64,000 bases of DNA from an uncultured Fimbriimonadaceae bacterium. GTDB lineage: Bacteria > Armatimonadota > Fimbriimonadia > Fimbriimonadales > Fimbriimonadaceae. The notes under the pieces were generated by a model. It ran no database searches and was not told where the DNA came from. It was given only the letters and a program-made list of their open reading frames with translations. Below, in pieces: positions 50,383 to 59,496 of the stretch. The stretch is from assembly GCA_964586225.1 (NCBI GenBank), contig CAZPHD010000002.1, positions 40,372 through 104,371 of the forward strand, read 5' to 3'. The first letter of the stretch is position 1, and each line of letters starts with the position of its first letter. Made by a program: the position numbers and the translations under genes.

Positions 50383-51912
50383 CTAATGCAAGAAGTGGCG
50401 TACACCGGTAAAGACCATCGCGAGGCCCAGATCGTTCGCGGCTCGGATAACTTCGGGGTCCTTCTTGCTTCCGCCCGGTTGGACGATCGCGGCAATCCCT
50501 GCCGCCGCGGCCGTTTCAACGCTGTCCGGAAAGGGAAAGAACGCGTCGCTCGCGAGAACGGCGCCGCGACTGGCGTCGCCCGCCTGGTCGAGCGCAAGCC
50601 GAACGGACTGTACGCGATTCATCTGCCCCGCGCCAACTCCAAGCAGGCGCAAATCCGTCCCCACCACGATGGCATTCGACTTGACATGCGGGATCACCGC
50701 CCACATGAGCCTTAGAGCTCGCATCTGAGCCTCGGTTGGCGCAAGTTCGGTCACCACTCGCCAGGGATCGCCCGGGTCCTCGTCCGACGTCTGGACGATG
50801 GCTCCGCCGCGAACGCTCTTCACGTAAAGGCTCGGCTTGGAACCGGGTAGAGGCGCCGAAAGCAAGCGCACGTCCTGACCCCAGCCGGATCGCTCGGCAA
50901 ACACACTCTTTGCCTCGTCCGTGAATCCGACGGCGATCACAACTTCGAGGAAGTTACCTTTCTCGGTCATCGCCTCCGCCGCCCGGATATCGACGGTTCC
51001 GTTGAACGCGGCGATACCACCAAATGCGGAGATGGGGTCGGATTCCCGGGCAAGTTGATAGCTGTCGGCGAAATTGCCCGTGCTCGCGGCCCCACAGGGG
51101 TTGCCATGCTTGATGATCGCGCAACTTCCGGTGGGCAAGTCAGCGACCAACTCCCACGCACCCTGCGCGTCGTTAATGTTGTTGTAACTAAGTTCTTTGC
51201 CCCAAAGTTGCTCAGATTGAGCAATGCCTGACGTCGACAGGGGGTCAACATAGAGCGCGCCTGTTTGGTGAGGATTCTCGCCGTAGCGGAAGATTTGACG
51301 GCGGCGGAACCCGACCGTGTACGTCTCTGAACATGGAGCCTCACCCGCTTGTTCGGTGAGCCATCGGGCAATCATGGAGTCATAGTAGGCGGTGTGGCGG
51401 AATGCCTTTGCGGCAAGCGATCGATGCTGAGCCTCAAGCGCTCCGGCGTCAAGCCCAGCGAGAACGGCATCGTAGTCAGACGGATCGACGACAACGGCAA
51501 CGTTGGCGTGGTTCTTCGCCGCCGCCCGAATCATCGCCGGCCCACCGATGTCGATCGATTCGATCGCTTCCTCAAAGGTGTGCGGACGGGTTACCGTTTG
51601 CTCAAAGGCATAGAGGTTCACGACGAGGAGTCGAATCGGAACCATGCCGGCATCGGCCATCTGCTGCCGGTGATTGGGAAGCCTGATATCGCCTAGGAGT
51701 CCACCGTGGACGAGCGGGTGCAGCGTCTTGACGCGCCCATCGAGCATCTCCGGGAAACCGGTGACCTCACTCACATCCTGCACCGCAAGGCCTGCCTCTC
51801 GCAGGGCGCGGGCCGTGCCGCCGGTGCTGATCAGTTCACAGCCACGGGCCACGAGACCCTGCGCAAACTCAACGACGCCCGACTTGTCGGTCACGCTGAT
51901 GAGAGCTCTCAT
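50383..51912 (-). CDS. purH: Bifunctional AICAR transformylase / IMP cyclohydrolase
   Basis: MRALISVTDKSG..., LISTGGTA, VVNLYAF and the C-terminal AICARFT region. 509 aa. Confidence 0.95.
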   Translation of the reverse strand: MRALISVTDKSGVVEFAQGLVARGCELISTGGTARALREAGLAVQDVSEVTGFPEMLDGRVKTLHPLVHGGLLGDIRLPNHRQQMADAGMVPIRLLVVNLYAFEQTVTRPHTFEEAIESIDIGGPAMIRAAAKNHANVAVVVDPSDYDAVLAGLDAGALEAQHRSLAAKAFRHTAYYDSMIARWLTEQAGEAPCSETYTVGFRRRQIFRYGENPHQTGALYVDPLSTSGIAQSEQLWGKELSYNNINDAQGAWELVADLPTGSCAIIKHGNPCGAASTGNFADSYQLARESDPISAFGGIAAFNGTVDIRAAEAMTEKGNFLEVVIAVGFTDEAKSVFAERSGWGQDVRLLSAPLPGSKPSLYVKSVRGGAIVQTSDEDPGDPWRVVTELAPTEAQMRALRLMWAVIPHVKSNAIVVGTDLRLLGVGAGQMNRVQSVRLALDQAGDASRGAVLASDAFFPFPDSVETAAAAGIAAIVQPGGSKKDPEVIRAANDLGLAMVFTGVRHFLH

Positions 51913-53474
51913 CGGAACTGACCTCCGCCCGTCGAGCCCGTGGAGGAATCGTCGCCTCGAACTTCGGGCGGACGAAGCTTGATCGTGGCCGACTTCTTGA
52001 CGGTGAGCCCATTCTCATCGTAACCGATCAGCACGACCGGAACCGTCTTCGTGATGTCAAGGGTCAACTCGCCCTCAACGGCCTCAAGCGGAATCGTCTG
52101 ACCATCCACGACCAACTCAGCGCGCACCGCTCCCGCGATCTGATAGGTGATCTTGCATTTGCCCACCAGGGGGTCGACCTCCATCGGGTCGGCCCGGAAG
52201 ACCACAATGTTGGCGGTCGGCTTGGCGGCGACGTTCACGGTTATCGAGCGACTGTTCACCGTTTGCCCGTTAGCGTTCTCCGCGACGATGAAGTAGCGGA
52301 TCGTTCCCGGTTGGGTCGGGGCCTCAATCTGATGGCTACCGAGCTTGGGATCAAGCACCTGGCCGGTCGGCGAAAGCGTTGCCTTGATCGCGTTCTTCAC
52401 TTCGTACGTGACAAAGAAAGTCGATCCGGGGGTGACGTCGCGGGTCTTGATGTCAAATGCCATCACTTCAGGCGGCGGCAGGACTTCTGGGACCTTCACC
52501 GTGATGGTTGCCGCCAGAGGCTCCGAGGTACGCGACTCACGGACCGCCACAGCCGAGAAGGTGCCCGAGCGGTCAACGTTGATGGTGGTGGTGCCTTTAG
52601 GGGCGCCTTGCGACACGATGATGCTGTCGTTGAACTTCACCTTGACGGATTTCGCGTGGGAACTGCTCCACGTGATTACGACGCTGTCGCCCGGACCGAC
52701 CACCGCCGGATCAACTTGGAAGGAGTCTAAGACGGGCGGCATCGGTCGGAACGCGTACCAGCCAAGCATGAGACCCACCGCCATAAGGAAGAGGATGAAG
52801 TTGCCAGGCGAGATGGCCGGTCGGTGTTCAAGCTGTCCCTGCGCAGCGCAATAGACACTCGGCGTTTCGACGCTGCGCGCGCTCATCTGAAACCCATGGA
52901 GTCTTGGATTTGCGAGCGCGCGGCGCTGAACGGGAGTGACGCCAATCAGGATCTCTCTCTGTTGGCCAGGCGCAATCGTCACCTGCTCAGCCGGTACATC
53001 GTAGATCAGGGCGTCTTCAGGGTCGCTTCCAAACAACTGCAGGGACTCTTGGCAGTTGCCCAAGTTGATGATCGTCGCCCGAAACACGTTTTGACGTCGC
53101 CATGGGCCGAAAACGCCTTTCTTGGGCAGAATCTCCATGCTGACGCTGTGGTAAGCCCGAATCTGGAGCACACCTTGTACTTGCCGAACCTCCCCGGTTT
53201 CGAGGCTACGTAGTCGCACGACGAACGGGTAAGTGCCGGCCAGACTTTCGCTGGTGCGAGGTGGCTTGAAGAACACCTTCTGAACCTGCAGGTCATGGGC
53301 CGAAACCGCAAAACTCGGCACCGGGACGGCCGTCCATTCAGGATCAAGCCCCTCGATGGAGAGCTCATACTGGTCGGTCTGATCCGACTGGTTGGCGATC
53401 TCCAAGTCAAGCGGCGTCGTCGAGCCCGGTTCGGCGACAAGCGTATCGGTGGCCAAACGCACGGCGAAGCTCAT
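51909..53474 (-). CDS. Hypothetical bitopic membrane protein: two N-terminal beta-sandwich-like modules, one TM helix, three ~85-aa Ig-like repeats
   Basis: No signal peptide. The N-terminal modules resemble CARDB/NEW3-type patterns (PLDLEIANQSDQTDQYELSIEGLDPEW). TM helix NFILFLMAVGLMLGWYAF at about aa 225-242. There are three internal repeats after it. ATGA overlap with the purH start. Confidence 0.6.
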   Translation of the reverse strand: MSFAVRLATDTLVAEPGSTTPLDLEIANQSDQTDQYELSIEGLDPEWTAVPVPSFAVSAHDLQVQKVFFKPPRTSESLAGTYPFVVRLRSLETGEVRQVQGVLQIRAYHSVSMEILPKKGVFGPWRRQNVFRATIINLGNCQESLQLFGSDPEDALIYDVPAEQVTIAPGQQREILIGVTPVQRRALANPRLHGFQMSARSVETPSVYCAAQGQLEHRPAISPGNFILFLMAVGLMLGWYAFRPMPPVLDSFQVDPAVVGPGDSVVITWSSSHAKSVKVKFNDSIIVSQGAPKGTTTINVDRSGTFSAVAVRESRTSEPLAATITVKVPEVLPPPEVMAFDIKTRDVTPGSTFFVTYEVKNAIKATLSPTGQVLDPKLGSHQIEAPTQPGTIRYFIVAENANGQTVNSRSITVNVAAKPTANIVVFRADPMEVDPLVGKCKITYQIAGAVRAELVVDGQTIPLEAVEGELTLDITKTVPVVLIGYDENGLTVKKSATIKLRPPEVRGDDSSTGSTGGGQFR

Positions 53475-53547
53475 CAGCTCGAAGGATACCGGTTTCGCAT
53501 CCCCAACCCACCCTGATTCGTAATCTCATTTGAGGTTTGACCAACGG

Positions 53548-54453
53548 ATGTTTATTGTCTTTCTTGGAATCATCATCATCGTCTTCTCGTTCGTGCTGGC
53601 GGGTTTGAATAAGCAGACCAGCGAGAACGTGAACTTGAAACCGATGGCGTGGACGGCCCGCTTCGTTGGTCTCGTCATGGTCGTCCTCGGAATCGCCTGG
53701 AGCGGAGTCGTCCAAGTGCCTGCTGGATACGAGGCCGTCCGACTCCGATTCGGTGCCTTAGATGGCACCCTCAGCCCAGGAATACACATCGTGATTCCAG
53801 GCGTCCACGAGGTTCAGCTCCTTGAGACGCGGACCCAAAAGGAGCAATCGCAGGCAACCGCCGCTAGCCGCGACCTGCAGATCGTAACCACGACCCTGGC
53901 TCTGAACTTCCGCTTGGCCCCTGGCAAGGTTGATGAGGTGTACGGCTCGGTTGGCATGCTCTACAAAGAGCGCGTGATCGACCCCACGGTGCAAGAGTCC
54001 CTGAAGACCGTCACCGCCAAGTACACGGCGGAAGAGCTCATCCGCATGCGAGCCCAAGTGAAGAACGAGGTCGAAACCGAGATCATCCGCCGGCTTCAGA
54101 CCTACAACATCATCGTCGACCCTTCCGGGCTCTCGATCGTTAACTTTGACTTTTCGCCGGAGTTCAACAAGGCGATCGAGGCAAAACAGGTGGCGCAGCA
54201 GGAGGCCGAAAAGCAGAAGTATGTTTTAGCGCAAGCCGAGTTGCAGAAGCAGACTGAAGTGGCGCGAGCAAAGGGCACGGCTGAAGCGGCCCGGCTGAAT
54301 GCTGAAGCCCTCAAAGTCAATGGCGGCGGGCTCGTCATTGCACGGGAGTGGATCGAGAAGTGGGACGGAAAGCTGCCGAACGTGGCCGCTGGCGGCAACC
54401 AGTTCATCATCGATTTGAACAACATCCTGCGCGAAGCCAGCCAGAATCCGTAG
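53548..54453 (+). CDS. SPFH/Band 7 (prohibitin-like) membrane protein
   Basis: N-terminal TM, then VQVPAGYEAVRLRFG... and the coiled Ala/Glu/Gln-rich region (AKQVAQQEAEKQKYVLAQAELQKQ). The start is ATG 53548 or TTG 53530. Confidence 0.85.
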   Translation: MFIVFLGIIIIVFSFVLAGLNKQTSENVNLKPMAWTARFVGLVMVVLGIAWSGVVQVPAGYEAVRLRFGALDGTLSPGIHIVIPGVHEVQLLETRTQKEQSQATAASRDLQIVTTTLALNFRLAPGKVDEVYGSVGMLYKERVIDPTVQESLKTVTAKYTAEELIRMRAQVKNEVETEIIRRLQTYNIIVDPSGLSIVNFDFSPEFNKAIEAKQVAQQEAEKQKYVLAQAELQKQTEVARAKGTAEAARLNAEALKVNGGGLVIAREWIEKWDGKLPNVAAGGNQFIIDLNNILREASQNP

Positions 54454-54464
54454 AATGCTCTGAT

Positions 54465-55121
54465 ATGGTTCGAAGCGCTTTAGGAATCATCGTTCTGCTC
54501 GTGCTGGCGGGCTGCGGGAAGAAGGACACGGCGGCCGTGCCACCCCCCACCAAAGTGGCGGAATCCGCCGTGCCCTCGGGCTGGAAAGTCACGTCCGCCG
54601 GGGGCGCGTCGATGGCATTTCCGGGAGACTGGATTGCCGTCGATGTGAGTCGGCCCGACGTTGTTCAGACCGTTGAGCATCTTGGGCTCAAGGGTGCCGA
54701 GGGCGAGATGCTGAAGAACCAGATTCGGCAGTTTGCCTCTACAGGCGTGTTCAAGATTGTGGCTTTTGCCCCGATGAAGCCGGGTGAGTTCCAAACCAAC
54801 GCCAACATCAATGTCATCCCCGTGCCCGCCACCGACCTCAAGGGCGTGCTCGATGAGAACAAGAAGGAGTTCGCCAAGGTGGGCAAGGTGCTCGAATCCG
54901 GAATTGTCGAGAATCCACGCCGAGCCGTGATCATTGCTGAGAATGAATACACGACGGCCGGTGGCCAGAACGTGTTGTCCATCACCCAGGTGCACTTCAT
55001 GCTACGCGGTCAGGAGATGATCACGATCGCCTTTGGAAGTGCACCTCAACACCGTGATGCGGTGAAGAAGATTGCCGATCAGGCGATGAAGACCTTTGCC
55101 TACAATCCGCCGACGCCATAG
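54465..55121 (+). CDS. Hypothetical lipoprotein
   Basis: MVRSALGIIVLLVLAGC|GKK lipobox. No recognisable family. Confidence 0.55.
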   Translation: MVRSALGIIVLLVLAGCGKKDTAAVPPPTKVAESAVPSGWKVTSAGGASMAFPGDWIAVDVSRPDVVQTVEHLGLKGAEGEMLKNQIRQFASTGVFKIVAFAPMKPGEFQTNANINVIPVPATDLKGVLDENKKEFAKVGKVLESGIVENPRRAVIIAENEYTTAGGQNVLSITQVHFMLRGQEMITIAFGSAPQHRDAVKKIADQAMKTFAYNPPTP

Positions 55122-55173
55122 TGGAAACTCTTTTGCATCTCTGTTTCGTAGTTCGGTCTTGTTTGGAGGAGAA

Positions 55174-57645
55174 ATGACGTTAACCATGCTGGCAGCGCTC
55201 TCGATCGCGGGAACGCTGCCCAACCCTATTGCTCAAGGACAAGGCGGGGCCACTACGCCCGCCAACTCGCAGACCGATGATGCCTATGCCCGCACCATCA
55301 AGGATCACACTGCGCAAGCCGGTGTCTTCAAGGTCTGGCGGAACAAAGAATCGTTCCTCTACGAGATCCCCAAGGCGATGCTCGGTCGCGACTTTCTTTG
55401 GGTGACCGAACTCAAGAAGACGCCAGCCGGAATGTACAACGGCTCCAGCGTCGCCGAGAATGTCGTCCGCTGGGAAGTTCGCGACGACAAGGTCTTGCTC
55501 AAAATCATCAGCTATCGGGTTCGCGCTACTGAGGGGGGCGCGATCGCGACGGCGGTCGAGCAGTCGAATGTCAATCCGATCATCCGGGCGTTCGACATAA
55601 AGGCGCGAACGAAGGACGGCGATCCGGTCATTGACGTGGGCACCTTCTACCGTAGCGACATTCCCGAGTTTAGTGTTCGCGGAGCAGTCTCGGGACAGAT
55701 GCTGGACAACGCGCGCTCGTTCCTCGACCGCGTCGCCGTGTTCCCGAACAACCTCAACATCGAGCTCACGCAAACCTACACCGCGGCCCCCGCAGCGGGC
55801 GGCGGCCGAGGCTTCTTTGGCGGTGTGCAGGGCAACCTGCCCCGGACGGTAGTCGTGAGCCACAGCATGTGCGTGTTACCGGAAAAGCCGATGATGGGCC
55901 GGCTTGCTGATTCGCGCGTCGGTTACTTCTCCACGGCGGTCACAGACTACGGCACGCCCTATCACGGAGTCAAGGAGTATGCGTTCATCAATCGGCATCG
56001 CCTGGAGAAGAAAGACCCGAACGCCGAACTGAGCGAGCCCGTACAGCCGATCGTCTACTACATTGCTCCCGAAGTCCCGGAGAAGTGGCGTAAGTATTGC
56101 AAGCAAGGTGTTGAAGACTGGCAGGTCGCCTATGAAGCGGCGGGCTTCAAGAACGCGATCATCGCCAAGGATGCTCCGACCGCCGCCGAAGACCCCAACT
56201 GGAGCCCCGAGGATTCCCGCTACAACGTGATCCGGTGGGCACCGCTTCCGATCGCCAACGCCATGGGTCCGAGCACAGCTGACCCGCGGAGCGGTGAGAT
56301 TATCAATGCCCACATCATCATGTGGCACGATATTCTGAAGCTTCAGACCGACTGGTACTTCACCCAAGCCTCGCCGAGCGATTCTCGGGCTCGGCGCTTG
56401 CCGTTCTCGGATGAGCTGCAGGGCGAGCTCCTTCGGTTCGTCGTGGCTCATGAAGTCGGCCACACCCTCGGCCTGCCCCACAACGGCAAGTCGTCGGCGA
56501 TGGTGCCGATTGCCTCACTCCGCAGCCCGGCTTGGACCAAGGCGAACGGAACCGCAACCTCGATCATGGACTACGCGCGTTTCAACTACGTGGCGCAACC
56601 CAATGATCGAATCGACCCCGATGATCTCGTCCCCAAGATCGGCAAGTACGACAAATTCTCCATCATGTGGGGGTACAAGCCGATTCCCGGCATGAAGGAT
56701 CCCTGGGCCGAGCGAGCGACCCTCGACGCTTGGGCGGCGGCTCAAGTCTCCGATCCGCAGCTCCGCTTCTACGACAACTTCAGCGGCGCCGACCCCACGG
56801 CCCAGGCCGAGGCGCTCGGTGATAACGCGGTTGAGGCCTCGCGCCTCGGTGTGCTCAACCTCATGCGCGTCATGGGCTACGTCTCCCCGGCGACCGTTCG
56901 TATCGGCGAGGATTACAGCGAGCTTTCGCGTATGCACGGCCAAATCGTTGGCCAGTTCCAGACCTACATGGGCCACGTTGCCTCCGTCGTGGGCGGCATC
57001 GAGCACATTGACTATCGCGGTGGACGCGGAGGCGCGGTCTACAACCCCGTTGGACGTGACTATCAGCGCTCGGCGGTTCGCTACTTCGTCGATCAGGTGT
57101 TCACGTCGCCGACGTGGCTGTTCCCGAAGGACGTCATGGACAAGTTCTCGAACGACATGGGAGCCGCTCGCCTTCGAGGACTCCAGCGCTCGGCCGTGAA
57201 CTCGCTCCTCAATGACGCGCGCCTGAATCGCATGATGCAGGCCGAGCCGCATCAGATCGCTCCGTACACCGTGGGCGAAATGATGGGCACGATTCGCGGT
57301 GCCGTTTGGCATGAGCTTGACGCCGCGAGCCCCAAGGTGGATTACTTCCGCCGCGGGCTGCAGCGCGAGTGGATCGGCGGCCTAACGCGCAAACTGGCCA
57401 CCAGTTCCGACATTCGAGCCTTGGCGATGGCCGAACTCGAGACTGAACTGGGCATGATCAAGCGCGCCTTGCCGAAGACGACCGACATCGTCACTCGCGG
57501 CCACCTGTTGGAGCTTCGATCGACGATCGAGTTCTCGATGGCGAACCCCGATAAGACAGCCCCGGCGGCATCGGCCGCCACGGCCTTCCCGTTCGGCGCG
57601 GACGAACTGGTCGTCGAGCCCAAGTGCCCGGCCTGCGTTCGATAG
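55174..57645 (+). CDS. Secreted zinc metalloprotease, metzincin (DUF4953/DUF5117-type)
   Basis: GGAGGAG RBS and a signal peptide. HEVGHTLGLPHN (HExxHxxGxxH). 823 aa. Confidence 0.8.
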   Translation: MTLTMLAALSIAGTLPNPIAQGQGGATTPANSQTDDAYARTIKDHTAQAGVFKVWRNKESFLYEIPKAMLGRDFLWVTELKKTPAGMYNGSSVAENVVRWEVRDDKVLLKIISYRVRATEGGAIATAVEQSNVNPIIRAFDIKARTKDGDPVIDVGTFYRSDIPEFSVRGAVSGQMLDNARSFLDRVAVFPNNLNIELTQTYTAAPAAGGGRGFFGGVQGNLPRTVVVSHSMCVLPEKPMMGRLADSRVGYFSTAVTDYGTPYHGVKEYAFINRHRLEKKDPNAELSEPVQPIVYYIAPEVPEKWRKYCKQGVEDWQVAYEAAGFKNAIIAKDAPTAAEDPNWSPEDSRYNVIRWAPLPIANAMGPSTADPRSGEIINAHIIMWHDILKLQTDWYFTQASPSDSRARRLPFSDELQGELLRFVVAHEVGHTLGLPHNGKSSAMVPIASLRSPAWTKANGTATSIMDYARFNYVAQPNDRIDPDDLVPKIGKYDKFSIMWGYKPIPGMKDPWAERATLDAWAAAQVSDPQLRFYDNFSGADPTAQAEALGDNAVEASRLGVLNLMRVMGYVSPATVRIGEDYSELSRMHGQIVGQFQTYMGHVASVVGGIEHIDYRGGRGGAVYNPVGRDYQRSAVRYFVDQVFTSPTWLFPKDVMDKFSNDMGAARLRGLQRSAVNSLLNDARLNRMMQAEPHQIAPYTVGEMMGTIRGAVWHELDAASPKVDYFRRGLQREWIGGLTRKLATSSDIRALAMAELETELGMIKRALPKTTDIVTRGHLLELRSTIEFSMANPDKTAPAASAATAFPFGADELVVEPKCPACVR

Positions 57646-57673
57646 CCCCCTCGCCCCTTTTGGGGAGAGGGGG
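57646..57673 (+). terminator. GC-rich stem-loop after the metalloprotease gene
   Basis: CCCCCTCGCCCC-TTTT-GGGGAGAGGGGG (11 of 12 bp pair). No U-tract. It overlaps the G-tract run described in the findings. Confidence 0.45.
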
Positions 57674-57690
57674 TTGGGGGGTGAGGGGCG

Positions 57691-58629
57691 ATGCGTGACG
57701 TTCTCAACGCCTGGCACCGGGACGGTCACGCGTTTGCGACCGCCCTCGTGATTCAAACGTGGGGCTCCTCGCCACGTCCGGTGGGGGCCCTGATGGGCAT
57801 TCGCGAGGATGGGGTCGTCGTGGGCTCGGTGTCGGGCGGATGCGTCGAGTCGGCGGTGATTCAAGCGGCGCTTGAGGCCCTTGCGGATGGCCAGCCTCGT
57901 CTCCTCGACTTTGGATCGTTGACCGACGAGCAGGTTTGGGAAGTTGGCTTGTCGTGTGGGGGGCAGATTCGCGTTTGGGTAGATCCCCGTCCGACGACGC
58001 GGCGGGGGTGGGGCTTGGTCGAACCCCAGGTCATCATCACGAAGCTCGACACCGGCGAGCAGTGGCTGTGGCCGGGCGATGAGCTACCTCCCGCGCAGGC
58101 GGCCATCGCCGAGACCCGGACCACGCAAGAGCGCGAGGGCTTCTTCTATCATGCGATCTCGCCGCCCGATCGGTTGCTGATCATCGGCGCGGTGCATATC
58201 GCCGTGCCGCTGGTGCGGTTCGCGAAGTCGCTCGAGTTCGAGGTGATCGTCGTCGACCCGCGTCCAGCGTTGGCGATTGCCGAGCGGTTTCTTGACCCAC
58301 CGGATCAGATGATCGTCGCCTGGCCGGATGAAGTGTTGGACTCATTGTCGTTGGATGGTTCTGTTTACGCGGTCGTGCTGACCCACGACCCGAAGATCGA
58401 CGATGCGGCGCTGGTGCACTTGTTGCGCTCGCCGGTGGCGTATGTGGGCGCGCTGGGAAGCCGTATGACGCAGGCGAAGCGGCGCGCTTTCCTGGCCGAG
58501 CAAGGATTCAGCGAGACCGAGCTGGACCGCATCCACGGCCCCGTCGGATTGGATATTGGTGCGCGCACCCCCGAAGAGATCGCCCTCGCGATCATGGCCG
58601 AAATTGTACAAATTCGCCGCCGGACTTGA
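57691..58629 (+). CDS. XdhC/CoxI family accessory protein
   Basis: ATALVIQTWGSSPRPVGALMGI...GSVSGGCVE at the N-terminus plus a Rossmann-like C-terminal domain (LLIIGAVHIAVPL). Confidence 0.8.
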   Translation: MRDVLNAWHRDGHAFATALVIQTWGSSPRPVGALMGIREDGVVVGSVSGGCVESAVIQAALEALADGQPRLLDFGSLTDEQVWEVGLSCGGQIRVWVDPRPTTRRGWGLVEPQVIITKLDTGEQWLWPGDELPPAQAAIAETRTTQEREGFFYHAISPPDRLLIIGAVHIAVPLVRFAKSLEFEVIVVDPRPALAIAERFLDPPDQMIVAWPDEVLDSLSLDGSVYAVVLTHDPKIDDAALVHLLRSPVAYVGALGSRMTQAKRRAFLAEQGFSETELDRIHGPVGLDIGARTPEEIALAIMAEIVQIRRRT

Positions 58630-58660
58630 CTTTTGCCGCTCGCCGTGATAACTTACAAGC

Positions 58661-59491
58661 ATGTCTTTCTTGAAGCGACTCCTCGGTAAGGGTTCGTCGG
58701 TCCCCGATTGGGCAGAACATATGAGCATGAGCGACTTCGAGGCTTTCCGAAGCGACCTCGCGGCGGCGGCTCGAAGTCTTGGCATCGCCATCGAAGTGGA
58801 CTGGAATCAGGGCATTGCCCATCTTCCCGACGAGATGATGATGGGGCTGGTGAACCTGACGCAAACGTATCGCCAAGTGGTCCCCGAAGACCGCCGAGAA
58901 CTGATTGCGGATTGGATTCGGCGCTCAAGCTCGCCTCCCGGCTCTGATCTCTCGCCCGAAGAGATGCGCCAAGCGATTCGCGCGCGAGTTCAGCCCAACG
59001 ATATCGTGGTTCACGAGAAGTTTCAGACCTGGACTTATCCCGTATGCGACGGGCTCGTGGGCATGATCGCGATTGACTTGCCCGAAGCCGTTGTCACCAC
59101 CTCGGTGGACAAGATGGAAGCGGCCGGGCTGACCCAAGAGGAAGCATGGGAGATCGGGCTTCAGAATCTGCGCCGGGAGCCTTTCGAAGTCGAATCGCTG
59201 ACCATGCCGAGCGGCACCACGGTGCGGCTGTATTCCGGGGAATCCATCTTTGTCGCCAGCCATGTGCTCCGTTTGGACGAGTTGGTTGGCGAACAGGACG
59301 CCTACATCTTCTTGCCCACCCGGCACCAGATGATGGTGCTGCTCCGCGAGGAAGCCAAGTCCGAGGACGACCTCGGGCGACTGGCCTACACCGCGGGGCA
59401 GTGGTACTCCGAAGGCCCCGGCTCCATCTCGCCCGCGTGCTTCGCGTGGAAGGAGGGCCGCCTAACGAGACACTGGCAACCCGGAGATTAG
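58661..59491 (+). CDS. Hypothetical cytoplasmic protein (possibly DUF1444-like)
   Basis: 276-aa coding-looking ORF with no motif I can name confidently. Confidence 0.45.
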   Translation: MSFLKRLLGKGSSVPDWAEHMSMSDFEAFRSDLAAAARSLGIAIEVDWNQGIAHLPDEMMMGLVNLTQTYRQVVPEDRRELIADWIRRSSSPPGSDLSPEEMRQAIRARVQPNDIVVHEKFQTWTYPVCDGLVGMIAIDLPEAVVTTSVDKMEAAGLTQEEAWEIGLQNLRREPFEVESLTMPSGTTVRLYSGESIFVASHVLRLDELVGEQDAYIFLPTRHQMMVLLREEAKSEDDLGRLAYTAGQWYSEGPGSISPACFAWKEGRLTRHWQPGD

Positions 59492-59496
59492 GGCTG

